From positions 352,001-416,000 of the forward strand of contig CAWDOD010000004.1 in assembly GCA_963803805.1 (NCBI GenBank): a stretch of DNA of 64,000 nt, written 5' to 3'. Below the pieces are notes generated by a model. It saw only the letters and a program-made list of their open reading frames with translations. It was not told the DNA's origin and made no database searches. Below are positions 10,477 through 20,402 of the stretch, in pieces. The stretch comes from an uncultured cyanobacterium (GTDB taxonomy: Bacteria; Cyanobacteriota; Cyanobacteriia; Cyanobacteriales; CAWCAG01). Position numbers and translations under genes: made by a program. Within the stretch, counting starts at the first letter, position 1. Each line of letters begins with the position of its first letter.

Positions 10477-10683
10477 ATTTTCTACAATACTAGGAGTTTG
10501 ATACTTTATTTCACAATAATGACCCTTTACTCTTCTGGCAATGGCGTATGACTCCGGGCGGTATCATTTCCTTTGACATTTTCTTGTTACCTATTTCCCT
10601 GGGTGACAAGTTAAGCAAAAGCACAATAGCTCCAAAACCCTCAATTTCCAATATAATTACTATATATAACCAACATTTAAAAT

Positions 10684-10941
10684 ATGACTCAATTACTAGA
10701 TTCTTTACCCCAAAACTCTTCTAATTCTATTGTTTGTTGCTATCTAAACAATACAAGTAAAGTTCAAATTGGTCGTATTACCAATATTCCTAACTGGTAC
10801 TTTGAGCGAGTCGTGTTTCCTGGACAAAGATTATTATTTGAATGTTCTCCTGAAGCACAATTAGAAATTCATAGTAGTGAAATTACTAATGCTATTCTTG
10901 CTGATCGCATTCAATGTGAGCGCTTATCTATTGATATTTAA
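10684..10941 (+). CDS. DUF1830 family protein
   Basis: CCYLNNTSKVQIGRITNIPNWYFERVVFPGQRLLF. Confidence 0.85.
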   Translation: MTQLLDSLPQNSSNSIVCCYLNNTSKVQIGRITNIPNWYFERVVFPGQRLLFECSPEAQLEIHSSEITNAILADRIQCERLSIDI

Positions 10942-10986
10942 GTTTCAATAATCTTCTCCATTAACAATTTTAATAATTTAATAAGC

Positions 10987-11652
10987 ATGAGTAAAAAGAA
11001 CTTAGAAGAACTTTCAGCACAACTTGATAGCTCTAACTCTCGCGATCGCATGGTTGCCCTTGCTTCTTTGCGCGAATTTTCTCCTGAAGAAGCAATGCCT
11101 TTAATCAAAAAAGTTTTAGATGATGAAATCTTACAAATTCGTTCTATGGCAGTATTTGCTTTGGGAGTTAAGCCCACAGAGGAATCTTACCCAATTTTAA
11201 TCGAATTATTGGAAACTGACCCTGATTATGGCATACGCGCCGATGCAGCCGGGGCATTGGGTTATTTAAAAGATGTTCGCGCTTTAGAGCATTTAGTACG
11301 GGCTTTTTATGAGGATACCCAATGGTTGGTACGTTTCAGCGCAGCAGTATCTTTAGGTAATCTCCAAGATTCTAGAGCGCAAGAGGTTTTAAAGAAAGCT
11401 TTAGATAGCGAAGAAGTTGTAGTACAACAAGCAGCGATCGCCGCTTTAGGAGAAATCAAAGCTGTTGATAGCGTTGGTGATATTCTCCGTTTTGCCCAAT
11501 CTGATGACTGGTTAATTCGGCAAAGGTTAGCAGAAGCTTTAGGCAACTTGAAAAGCGACAAAAGTATCTCTGCTTTAAAATATTTGGCTAAAGATAGTCA
11601 TCCCCAAGTTAGTGAAGCGGCGACTATTTCTTTGCAGCGTTTGATGGGATAA
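10987..11652 (+). CDS. nblB: HEAT-repeat phycobilisome degradation protein NblB-like
   Basis: PBS-lyase HEAT repeats; DPDYGIRADAAGALGYL, FYEDTQWLVRFSAAVSLGNL. Confidence 0.85.
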   Translation: MSKKNLEELSAQLDSSNSRDRMVALASLREFSPEEAMPLIKKVLDDEILQIRSMAVFALGVKPTEESYPILIELLETDPDYGIRADAAGALGYLKDVRALEHLVRAFYEDTQWLVRFSAAVSLGNLQDSRAQEVLKKALDSEEVVVQQAAIAALGEIKAVDSVGDILRFAQSDDWLIRQRLAEALGNLKSDKSISALKYLAKDSHPQVSEAATISLQRLMG

Positions 11653-11772
11653 TGGAGGCAAGTAATAAGTAACAAGTAATAAGTAATAAGTAATAATCCT
11701 ATTGCTTTACTTCTTGCTTATAGCTTACTCTTACTAGAGGGCTTACGCCAATGAATAAGCGACTTTTGAGTT

Positions 11773-12285
11773 ATGAATATCAAAGAATTTTTTGAGCAGA
11801 GTGCAGGTAATTGGTTTGCCCAGCGTACTAGTTATAACCTCAAAGATGGCAAGGCAGAAAATAGCAAATCAGATTTAAGCGTTACTATGGTTAAGGCTGA
11901 TGAGCCGAGGGTTATTGATCTGTGTCAACAAAAGGGAATTTCCCCAGATTTAGTTTGGCAAGGAATGCAAACTAGCTGGAATAGTTCGGTAGACTGGGAC
12001 AACAAGAAAGAAAAAGGTTCTAGTTTGATGGTTGTGATACCCGATGCTGATAATGCTTCTCAGGGTAAAATACTTCGTTCTTTGGGTAAACTTTTTTTAG
12101 GCAGCTACGTTTTAGGTAGAGATGAAGCTCTAACTTTAACGGTGGAAGATGAAGATATTTATTTAGAAGAACGTATTTGGTTCGCTAGTGATAATTTAAG
12201 GATGCGTTCTAGTTTGGTTAAAATCGCTAATAATTATAGCACTGCGGCTTTTTATTCAGAAGTTCGACGAATAAGCAATAAATAA
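11773..12285 (+). CDS. CpcS/CpeS-family phycobiliprotein lyase
   Basis: EFFEQSAGNWFAQRTS, EERIWFASDNLRMRSS, AAFYSEVRR. Confidence 0.85.
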   Translation: MNIKEFFEQSAGNWFAQRTSYNLKDGKAENSKSDLSVTMVKADEPRVIDLCQQKGISPDLVWQGMQTSWNSSVDWDNKKEKGSSLMVVIPDADNASQGKILRSLGKLFLGSYVLGRDEALTLTVEDEDIYLEERIWFASDNLRMRSSLVKIANNYSTAAFYSEVRRISNK

Positions 12286-12587
12286 TTGATAATTGATAAT
12301 TAGTTTTGAGTTGTATTGGCAAGATTGAAAAGAAAATTCAATTTAAACTGAAAACTAAGCCAAAAAATTAGCAATAGAAGCGATGGCGATTTAATAGTTT
12401 TAGGATCACTGGGATTTCTTTTTATAAAACCAGGATGTTTAACTAAGATTTCTGCTCCGCCTCGAAACAAAACCCAAGAATTCAAAAGTATTATAAACAC
12501 CCAGATAGATATCCAAAAAGCAATCGTGAATTGGTTGCCCCTACTGGAAAAAAGTAGTCTTCAATATGGTTGAATTGCTAATAGCAA

Positions 12588-14010
12588 TTACCCCTTTTGT
12601 TCTTTGTAAATACTCTTGAAAATCCTTTGCTGCTTTTTATGATCAACAATCGGGGCAGGGTAATCGCAATATTCTCTTTCTGAAGCAGGAATTTTGCCTG
12701 TTACCAGATACTCTGGTTCCAAAGAACTTAATTCCGGAACCCAGAAGCGAATATATTCTCCTTCAGGGTCATACTTTTGCGTTTGACTTGCTGGGTTGAA
12801 AATTCTTAAGGGTTTGGGGTCCATCCCGCTAGAAGCACTCCACTGCCAACCACCATTGTTAGCGGCAAGATCCCAGTCATAAAGTCTTTGGGCAAAGTAC
12901 TTTTCGCCCCAACGCCAGTCGATGATTAAATCTTTAGTGAGGAAGCTAGCTACAATCATACGACAACGGTTGTGCATCCAACCTGTCTCGTTTAGTTGCC
13001 GCATCGCTGCATCCACAATCGGATAACCGGTTTTTCCCTCACACCAAGCTTGGAAATACTCTTCGTTATTATCCCAAGGAAAATTCTTAAACTCATCGCG
13101 GTATGCGCCCTTGGGCTAATTCAGGAAAGAAATACATCACGTGTTGATAAAACTCTCGCCAAGCCAACTCTTTTTGCCAAGTTTCAATGTTGCCTCTGCT
13201 TTCATCACTGCGACTGAGGTTGTAGGCATCAACAGCAGTTTGCCACACTTCCCGAATACCAATTGCCCCAAATTTTAATGCTGCACTTAACATCGAAGTC
13301 CCATCAGTGCCAGGAAAGTCACGCTGTTGCTGATAGTCCCATAAGGCGCGATCGCTAAATTCTGCTAACCTATCCTTCGCTGCGGTTTCTCCTGGTTCCA
13401 AAGGCAGTGGATTTTCCCACACAAAACCTAAATCTTTGGCACTAGGAAGATTAATTGCACCTAGTTCTTTTAAATTAGATTGTTCCTCTTTTGTCAACCC
13501 TTCCAGATTAGCTAAAGTCTCTGCGGGTTCGGCTTTTTGTTGGCTATGCCAGTTTTTCCAAAAAGGGCTATAAACCTTATAAGGATCTCCTCCTTTAGTC
13601 CTCACTTCCCCTGGGGCGTGGAGGAGTTGATCCCAAGTCTGATGAACTGCAATGCCTTTCTCTTCTAGGGCTTCTTTTACTTTGGAATCGCGCTTCTTGG
13701 CATAGGGTTCCACATCCTGATTCCAGAATACAGCTTCCGCGTTAAGGGTTGCTGCCAATTGAGGAATAACCTGAACAGGATCACCTTTAAATATCAGTAA
13801 CTGCCCCCCAGCTTCTTGATAGCGTTGCTGCAACTCTTGCAAACAACCAATCAGATAAGTTACCCTAGCCGGAGCAACGTCATCCCCTTCTAAAATACCA
13901 GGATCAAGACAGAAAACCCCCACTACTTGAGAACTTTGTTGACGGGCAGCCGCCAGCCCGACATTATCAGAAGTACGTAAGTCGCGGCGATGCCAAAAGA
14001 TGATGGACAT
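12588..14010 (-). pseudogene. phrA: CPD DNA photolyase split by a +1 frameshift at about 13108-13110 (possibly a sequencing error)
   Basis: [39 protein letters not shown]; removing one G from CAA GGG C GCA restores [17 protein letters not shown]. Confidence 0.9.
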
Positions 14011-14212
14011 AAGCGGAAATTTCTTGCAAGTTATTAAGAGAGTGTATTCTACATTTTAGGGAGATTATGAATAGGTAGGTAGTGGTTTTGCAAAAAGTAG
14101 TGGCGTGACAGTCCTAACACACCTTCTCAGGGCAAAATCCTCTTCGAGAGCAAACAAAAATTAAAAACCAAGACTGGTTTTTAAAAACTAATACCGAGTT
14201 TCATAAATAGAA

Positions 14213-14320
14213 CTATAGCGGTTCTCAAATTTTTCGTGATGGTACATTTAGTCTATTTCCATATTTCCACACTTCTACTAGCCACTAGCCACTAGCAAAA
14301 ACATCTAGGCTGTACCTCAC
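14213..14320. repeat. Partial MITE-like element with internal CTAGCCA heptamers
   Basis: CTATAGCGGTTCTCA...GGTACA left arm, TGTACCTCA right arm, tandem CTAGCCA between; right outer end degenerate. Confidence 0.4.
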
Positions 14321-14458
14321 ACTTACTCTTGTTCTGAGTTTTGCGTGTTCATCATGTTTCCTTTACTCTTTTCCTTGAACGATACCCGTTTATAATTAAT
14401 TTTTTAACTCAGGGAACAAGCAGGAAATCAAACTTAAATTATTTAAAGCAAAGCTTTT

Positions 14459-15511
14459 ATGAGTTGTCCCTTTTATGCTGGTTCAATGATTACCGAACCG
14501 CGATACTTTGTTGGTCGTCGCGAGTATCTAGATTTTCTTACTTCTCGCATGAGTGCAGCACAACCTACTAGCATTAATTTGGTGGGTAAGCAGCGTTTTG
14601 GTAAGTCTTCTTTACTTTATCACTTTTGCCAAACCTATGAACAACGAGTACAACGTTTTAACCAAGATCCTCGGCGTTATGTGGTGATTTATCTTTCTTT
14701 GCAACAGGGTGATTGTCGGCGAGAGGAAGATTTTTATCGAGCGGTGGCGCGGAGTTTATTGCGACGTTCTGTTGTGCAAACAAATTCTGCTTTAGCTACT
14801 CCTTTAAACAGTGTCTCTTTGCAGCGACAAAGTTTTTCTGATGCCATTAAAGCTTGGCAAAAAGAGAAGGTTTTGCCGGTGTTGTGTTTAGATAAGTTTG
14901 AGGAGTTGTTGGAGAATAAGCAAGAGTTTGATGATTATTTTTATGACAATCTTCGTTCTTTGATGAATAGCAATGCTTTGATGTTAATTATTTCTTCTAA
15001 ACAGACTTTAGAAAGATACAGCAAGAAACATCAATTAACTTCTGATTTCTTTAATTTAGGCAACGTTAAGGTATTGACAAAATTAACAGAAGTAGAAGCA
15101 TTGGATTTAGTACGCTTGCCGGATATTAACAATCCTGCTTTAAGCCCGGAAAGGCAGAAACTGGCTTTGCAGTGGGGAGAAAGGCATCCTTATTTATTAC
15201 AGTTAGCTGGGCGTTGTTTATGGGAAGCGCAAACTCAACATCGGCCGGATAGTTGGGCAAAAGAAGAGTTTCTGCAAGCAAGTCAGAATGTGCCGCAAAC
15301 CTTCTCTTGGCAAAAATTTGTTGGTAAGTTACTTTGGTTGCCCCTTAAGTTAGGGCGAATGGCGAGATTTACTGGGGATAAGTTTGACGATACTGGTAAT
15401 TTAATTTCTGGCACGGTTATTTTGATTGTGCTTTGTCTGGTGGTGTTTAAAATTCTTCCTTTTGAGGAATTGGTGAAGTTGCTTAAAGATGCACTAGGAA
15501 TTGGCGGGTAA
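14459..15511 (+). CDS. STAND-like P-loop ATPase with C-terminal TM helix
   Basis: PFYAG...FVGR, Walker A GKQRFGKS, Walker B VLCLDKFE, ERHPYLLQL (GxP-like), hydrophobic C-terminus. Confidence 0.85.
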   Translation: MSCPFYAGSMITEPRYFVGRREYLDFLTSRMSAAQPTSINLVGKQRFGKSSLLYHFCQTYEQRVQRFNQDPRRYVVIYLSLQQGDCRREEDFYRAVARSLLRRSVVQTNSALATPLNSVSLQRQSFSDAIKAWQKEKVLPVLCLDKFEELLENKQEFDDYFYDNLRSLMNSNALMLIISSKQTLERYSKKHQLTSDFFNLGNVKVLTKLTEVEALDLVRLPDINNPALSPERQKLALQWGERHPYLLQLAGRCLWEAQTQHRPDSWAKEEFLQASQNVPQTFSWQKFVGKLLWLPLKLGRMARFTGDKFDDTGNLISGTVILIVLCLVVFKILPFEELVKLLKDALGIGG

Positions 15512-15514
15512 ATA

Positions 15515-17995
15515 ATGACTAAGATTTCTCAATTTAAGCAATATGTTGCCGAATGTATTCAGATTCTTTGTTGGGTTTACTTCAAACCCTATACCTTTCA
15601 GCGCCAGTTGCAAGATATTCATCCTAGACTAACACCTACTATCAGTTTTTTTGTGTTGCGAAATGACTTACCTAGCCATCCTCACTTGAAACGTTTTTTT
15701 CACCAGGTTTGGTGGATTATTGGTGTAGCTCCCTTATTCTTTTTTATCCTTGCTGCCTTTCCTTATGCTGTCTTTACTAAAAATATTCTTCAGTGGTTAT
15801 TTGGAGGATTTTTCTTGTTCGGTTGGTTGATCGGTATTCTACTTACACAAAGCATAGTCACAGGTACTCACATAAAGAGTTTGATAGGAGTGCTTGTTGT
15901 TGTAACCATAATACATCTCCTGAGTATCTTATTTGTCTCAGAATCAAGTTTAGCCTTCTTGATTAGTGTAGCGGCAGGTGTAATTATAGGTGTAACCATC
16001 GGCATTGTTGCTGCTGTATTTGGATGTGCCTCCATAAGCATTACTGTTGGCGCATCTGTCTGTATGATTGTTAGTGTCGCTTATGGTGCAGCTTATGGTG
16101 TAGCTGTTGCAATGTCTGTTAGTTTCGCTTGTGTTTCTTTTTACGGTGGAGCTTTCAGTATGCAGATTAATATAGATGATGATTCTGCTGTAATTATGAC
16201 CCTAAATGTTGTTTTGGGTTTGGGTCTTACACTCTTTTTGGGTATAGCTATTGGTATAGTCTTTGATAGAGTCATTGATGTAGTTTTCGGTGTGGAGATA
16301 GCTTTTGGTGTTGCTTTCGGGATAACCTGGGTTTTAGGTTTGCTACGTGTTTACTTCTGGCTACCAGAAGTCCTTTGGATGCTAGCTCTTCTTTTAATTA
16401 GCAGACAGGGATATCAAGCACAATGTCTACGCTATTTACCTCCGCATTTTGACGAGTCAACCATCTTACCCTTACCCTTCATGGCAAGATTAATCACCAA
16501 TGCTTACTGGCAAAATCCTGCCTTAGCCCGTAGTACCATTGATTACCTGATCAATTCCACCAATCAACAAAAAGTAGCCACAAAAGCAATGATCGGTATT
16601 GCGGCCGATACCCTTAACCAAGTTCAAACAACTACTGACATTGTTGCTACCAAAGAACAACTAGCTTGGCTTCCTTCCCCACCACCAAAAGAACTTGGTA
16701 CTTTTCTACCGCAGTTTGTGGAAATTAGTCAAGACGTTGGGGTTTACCTCGAAGCAACCTCTGCTTATCGCCAATACGAATTACTGAATCCTCCCATCAA
16801 AAGCCTCAAACAACTCAATAACAGCCTTGCCTTGAACCGAAATGCCCAACAAGCTACAACTTTTGGTAGCATTGCCCAACGTTGGTTAAACATCCTCATC
16901 GCTGCCCAACAAACCCTCCAAGCAGAAGCCGAACGTTCAGCAGAAATACCCCAAGTTTACATCGCTGGAAATGGCTTAGATCCAGAAACTGCCAAAAGTC
17001 GCTTCAAAGGGCGCAAAGACATCTTTCGGGAAATCGAAACCCTCAGCCTCTCTTCCCCACCCCCAGTCCTTTTATTCAATGGTGGCAGGCGTACCGGCAA
17101 AACTTCCTCTTTGAAATATCTTCCCCAGAAACTAGTGTCAGAAATTATTCCTTTACTCATAGACTTACAAGGAGGGGCATTGGCTCAAACTTTGCCAGGT
17201 TTAGCAGAATATCTTGTCAAAGAAATCATCAACGCTGCCAGACAAGCCCGTAATTTACAACTGCCTTACCCCAACCAAGAAAAACTATTTCGAGAACCAT
17301 TTTTAACCCTACAAGATTGGTTTACTACCATCGAAACCACAGCCCCCAACAAGCGCTTCCTCCTTTGCTTAGATGAATTTGAACGCCTCAGTGAGTTTGT
17401 TGATACAACTGGTAGCCGCATCCCCCTCAACTTCTTCCGCCACATCTTGCAACATCGTCGCCAATGGATCTTACTTTTTAGTGGTTCCCATACCTTAGAG
17501 GAACTTGCCCCCTACTGGAGTGATTATCTCATCAACACCCGTACCATCCGCCTCACCTACCTCCAAGAATCAGAAGCCCGTGAGTTAGTAGAAAAACCCA
17601 TCCCAGACTTCCTCAACATCTACCAACCCACTGCCGTAACCGAAATTATCAACCAAACTCGTTGCCAACCTTATTTAGTACAGTTACTCTGTTCGGTAAT
17701 TGTTGATCACCTCAACAATCAACAACGTAAATTAGCCACCCGAAAAGATGTCCATAACTGCATTCCCGTTGCCATAGAAACAGGAAGTCAATACTTCCGG
17801 GAATTGTGGACAACTTTAGCAGAAAAGGATCAAGATGTACTGCTGCGCTTGATTGAAGGAGAAGCCGTTAATCCAAGAGATAAACTTTCCTTACGTCGCC
17901 TTGTCAATAAAGAAATCTTAGAAAAAAAAGCAGATAGTTATCAGTTTCAAGTACCTTTAGTGAAAAGATATATAGAGCAACTGTTTGAATTCTAA
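15515..17995 (+). CDS. Multi-TM protein with C-terminal STAND-like ATPase
   Basis: Gly/Ala/Val-rich multi-TM N-terminus; YIAGN...FKGR, Walker A GGRRTGKTS, Walker B LLCLDEFE, CQPYLVQL; 3 bp from the upstream stop. Confidence 0.85.
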   Translation: MTKISQFKQYVAECIQILCWVYFKPYTFQRQLQDIHPRLTPTISFFVLRNDLPSHPHLKRFFHQVWWIIGVAPLFFFILAAFPYAVFTKNILQWLFGGFFLFGWLIGILLTQSIVTGTHIKSLIGVLVVVTIIHLLSILFVSESSLAFLISVAAGVIIGVTIGIVAAVFGCASISITVGASVCMIVSVAYGAAYGVAVAMSVSFACVSFYGGAFSMQINIDDDSAVIMTLNVVLGLGLTLFLGIAIGIVFDRVIDVVFGVEIAFGVAFGITWVLGLLRVYFWLPEVLWMLALLLISRQGYQAQCLRYLPPHFDESTILPLPFMARLITNAYWQNPALARSTIDYLINSTNQQKVATKAMIGIAADTLNQVQTTTDIVATKEQLAWLPSPPPKELGTFLPQFVEISQDVGVYLEATSAYRQYELLNPPIKSLKQLNNSLALNRNAQQATTFGSIAQRWLNILIAAQQTLQAEAERSAEIPQVYIAGNGLDPETAKSRFKGRKDIFREIETLSLSSPPPVLLFNGGRRTGKTSSLKYLPQKLVSEIIPLLIDLQGGALAQTLPGLAEYLVKEIINAARQARNLQLPYPNQEKLFREPFLTLQDWFTTIETTAPNKRFLLCLDEFERLSEFVDTTGSRIPLNFFRHILQHRRQWILLFSGSHTLEELAPYWSDYLINTRTIRLTYLQESEARELVEKPIPDFLNIYQPTAVTEIINQTRCQPYLVQLLCSVIVDHLNNQQRKLATRKDVHNCIPVAIETGSQYFRELWTTLAEKDQDVLLRLIEGEAVNPRDKLSLRRLVNKEILEKKADSYQFQVPLVKRYIEQLFEF

Positions 17996-18038
17996 GGTAG
18001 ATATTGTTGAAGTGGCGATCACCCCCTCAAAAGAATCA

Positions 18039-18076
18039 CAAACCAAGGCTAGTTTTTAAAAACCAGCCTTGGTTTG
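18039..18076. repeat. 38-bp near-perfect palindrome (small dispersed repeat or terminator); partial copy at 14165-14190
   Basis: CAAACCAAGGCTAGTTTTTAAAAACCAGCCTTGGTTTG; 14165-14190 matches its reverse strand at 25/26. Confidence 0.75.
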
Positions 18077-18139
18077 AGAAATAGAATCAAAATGAGATTA
18101 TTTTCTATCTACTCCTTCTATCTACTCCCTCGCTAAAAT

Positions 18140-18198
18140 ATGAAAACTTTTTTTAACTGAAGGAACAGGATTTATTGGTTCTTATGTGGCGCGATCGC
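18140..18198 (+). pseudogene. 5' remnant of an NAD-dependent epimerase/dehydratase gene
   Basis: With one T removed from a T7 run it reads MKTFLTEGTGFIGSYVARS (Rossmann GxxGxxG start); ends at HIP1 18191-18198. Confidence 0.6.
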
Positions 18199-18363
18199 AA
18201 TTCATTAATTGTTGAAGCATTAGCCCTGATACCACGAATTCTCCCTAACCAAGGTTGATCAGCAACTAGCACATCTGCAAAGTGGTTAGGATGGGCGCAG
18301 TTAATCATATAATAGGCTGGGGTTTGGTTACTACTCTTGTCAACTTGGTCGATATTTTACCAT
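18199..18363 (-). pseudogene. Internally deleted homocysteine S-methyltransferase remnant
   Basis: RBS AGGAGA + ATG (MVKYR) joined out of frame to IDQVDKSSNQTPAYYMINCAHPNHFADVL...PWLGRIRGIRANAST. Confidence 0.75.
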
Positions 18364-18402
18364 TGCAGTTCTCCTGTTAAGTTAATACAAAGAAACTTGA
18401 TA

Positions 18403-18996
18403 TTATTGGGGATAGCGCAACATCGGGAAAATCCTTGGAGAGGTCCCGGCTTGAATTTGGGCAAGCAACTCAAACCCATACTGTTGGTAAAAAGGAACAT
18501 TAGCTGAGTTGGAAGATTCGAGATAAGCAGGGAGGCAGTCATTGTCACACTTTGGAAGTATATACTCCATCAAGGCTGAACCATAACCTTGACCCTGTTG
18601 GGTTGGTTCTACTCCCAGTAATGGCAAGTACCAATGAGGTTGCTGGGGATGGTAATTACCCATTTGCTCAAATACGGCAAAGACTTCACCTTGCTGCGAC
18701 TCCAAGACGCTTTCTTGAACTAATTTAACAAGAGATTCTTGATCCGGTTCGCTTCCTGGGGACAACCAAAGTGCTGCACCTGAATAACCAGCAGTGTAGT
18801 AAGCAGTGTCTTTTACAAAGGCTTGACCAGCAAACTTTCTGACAAAGTGCGGAAAATAGTCTAGGTACTGTTGGGGTTGGGGATAGATCCAACGCACGGC
18901 AGGATCAGCGCTAAAGGCTAAAGTTAGAGTAGCAATTACATTTTCTTCATCTGTTGCTGTTGCCGTTAGAATTTTAGCAGCTTGGTTTGTGAACAT
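18403..18996 (-). CDS. GNAT N-acetyltransferase
   Basis: HWYLPLLGVEPTQQGQGYGSAL, AYLESSNSANVPFYQQYGF. Confidence 0.92.
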   Translation of the reverse strand: MFTNQAAKILTATATDEENVIATLTLAFSADPAVRWIYPQPQQYLDYFPHFVRKFAGQAFVKDTAYYTAGYSGAALWLSPGSEPDQESLVKLVQESVLESQQGEVFAVFEQMGNYHPQQPHWYLPLLGVEPTQQGQGYGSALMEYILPKCDNDCLPAYLESSNSANVPFYQQYGFELLAQIQAGTSPRIFPMLRYPQ

Positions 18997-19040
18997 CGCC
19001 TTCTCCTTACATGAAATAACACGATTACCAATAGCTAAAT

Positions 19041-19197
19041 GGGAGCATCTCAGTTTTGCAGAAATAGTTTGTCTGTGAAGTTAGCTATTAGCTATTAGCT
19101 GTTAGCTGTTAGCTTTAAGAATACATTTCTTGCTGTTTCAGTGAAGCTAATATCAAGTTGACGGCTAAAGCCTGTATTTACCAATTTGAGATGCTCC
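19041..19197. mobile_element. 157-bp MITE with terminal inverted repeats and 9-bp target duplication
   Basis: GGGAGCATCTCA...TGAGATGCTCC ends; TAGCTAAAT at 19032-19040 and 19198-19206; internal TTAGCT(A/G) heptamers. Confidence 0.85.
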
Positions 19198-19338
19198 TAG
19201 CTAAATCGCTTACTTTTGATAGCTTAGGAAGCAATCGAGAAGATATGGGGAAGAACTTGTATCAAGGATGCTAGACAAGTCCTAATACCTGGAATGATTA
19301 CATATAAACTTTTAATTAAGGACTGGGCCAAATAACTG

Positions 19339-20022
19339 ATGAATGAAGCGAACACTAAAACCATTGGTTCATTATTTCCCTTTTGGGAAAAATTGGATAT
19401 AGAAACCAAAAAAGATTTTCTTGCTCAAGGTCAATATATCAGCTTGCCGGTGGGTCAATTTATCTGTTTGGAAGGAGATATTTGTAATCATTTGCCACTG
19501 ATAATTTCTGGAAATGTACGTATTTACAAAATAGGAGCAAACGGTAGAGAAATTACTCTTTATCATTTAGGCCAAGGTGATAGTTGTATTATGACGGCTT
19601 CTTGCATCATCAGTCAAAAAGTATTTCCTGCCTTTGCCGTTGCCGAAACTGAAGTTGAAGCTTTTACTATTCCGGCAAATAGCTTAAGAGAATGGGTAAG
19701 GTACAATCCTATTTGGCAAGAATATATCTTCGGGCTACTTTCTCAACGATTAGCCAATGTTATTGAAATGATTGAAGAGGTCGCTTTTCGGCGGCTGGAT
19801 TGTCGAATTGCTTCATATCTTTTAAATAATGGCGATAGTCATTTCAAAACTATACGAATTACCCATGAAGCGATCGCTCAAGAATTAGGTAGTTCTAGAG
19901 AGGTAGTCAGTCGTATTCTCAAAACTTTTGAAAAACAAGAATTATTATCTCTGTCACGAGGAAAGATTGAACTAAAGAACTGGCAAGAACTTGATAAGAT
20001 TGCTCAGTTAGGAAAGTTCTAA
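19339..20022 (+). CDS. Crp/Fnr family transcriptional regulator
   Basis: cNMP-type barrel (IISGNVRIYK...GREITLY), HTH ITHEAIAQELGSSREVVSRILK. Confidence 0.93.
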   Translation: MNEANTKTIGSLFPFWEKLDIETKKDFLAQGQYISLPVGQFICLEGDICNHLPLIISGNVRIYKIGANGREITLYHLGQGDSCIMTASCIISQKVFPAFAVAETEVEAFTIPANSLREWVRYNPIWQEYIFGLLSQRLANVIEMIEEVAFRRLDCRIASYLLNNGDSHFKTIRITHEAIAQELGSSREVVSRILKTFEKQELLSLSRGKIELKNWQELDKIAQLGKF

Positions 20023-20037
20023 TTTAAAAAATTGTTA

Positions 20038-20080
20038 TGTGACTTTATCACAGAACAAATACAAATAAATTGACTATTAT
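20038..20080 (+). promoter_or_regulatory. Crp-type palindrome TGTGA-N5-TCACA with a downstream -10 (TATTAT 20075-20080)
   Basis: TGTGACTTTATCACA at 20038-20052, centred about 30 nt upstream of the -10 hexamer (class II geometry). Confidence 0.6.
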
Positions 20081-20157
20081 GTTTATAAATGACGAGCGAC
20101 CCTGATGAGGTTTCTGAATGAAGAAACCTGCAAGTCATAACTACTTATTAGGAGGTT

Positions 20158-20379
20158 TTGATGAAGAATATAGGTTTATTAGATCGGGTTATTCGGACTG
20201 CAATTGCAGGTGTTTTACTTTATTTTGGTTTAGTAGTTTACGGAGGTTCGGTATTAGGAGTTGGACTAGCTATTGTCTCAATTATCTCTTTTATAACTGC
20301 CTTACTGGGTAATTGCCCACTTTATAGCCTACTGGGAATTAGTACCTGTAAAGCGAATCCTAAGCTTCACTCTAAATAA
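20158..20379 (+). CDS. DUF2892 / YgaP-like membrane protein
   Basis: KNIGLLDRVIR...2 TM...NCPLYSLLGISTC; RBS AGGAGG upstream. Confidence 0.9.
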   Translation: MMKNIGLLDRVIRTAIAGVLLYFGLVVYGGSVLGVGLAIVSIISFITALLGNCPLYSLLGISTCKANPKLHSK

Positions 20380-20402
20380 TCTCTATCTAACTTAAACAGG
20401 AA

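Noticed and set aside
12300-12560. Short hydrophobic minus-strand ORF downstream of the photolyase
   Set aside because: No convincing start or family motif; may be a gene remnant but cannot be supported
13356-18190. HIP1 gap as proof that the ATPase pair is foreign
   Set aside because: Gaps of similar size occur over core genes (about 2345-6690), so the gap is not discriminating
20091-20136. Hammerhead-like CTGATGA followed by a GGTTTCT/AGAAACC stem in the DUF2892 leader
   Set aside because: The stem is followed by TGCAA rather than the required GAAA, and stems I and III with an NUH site could not be built
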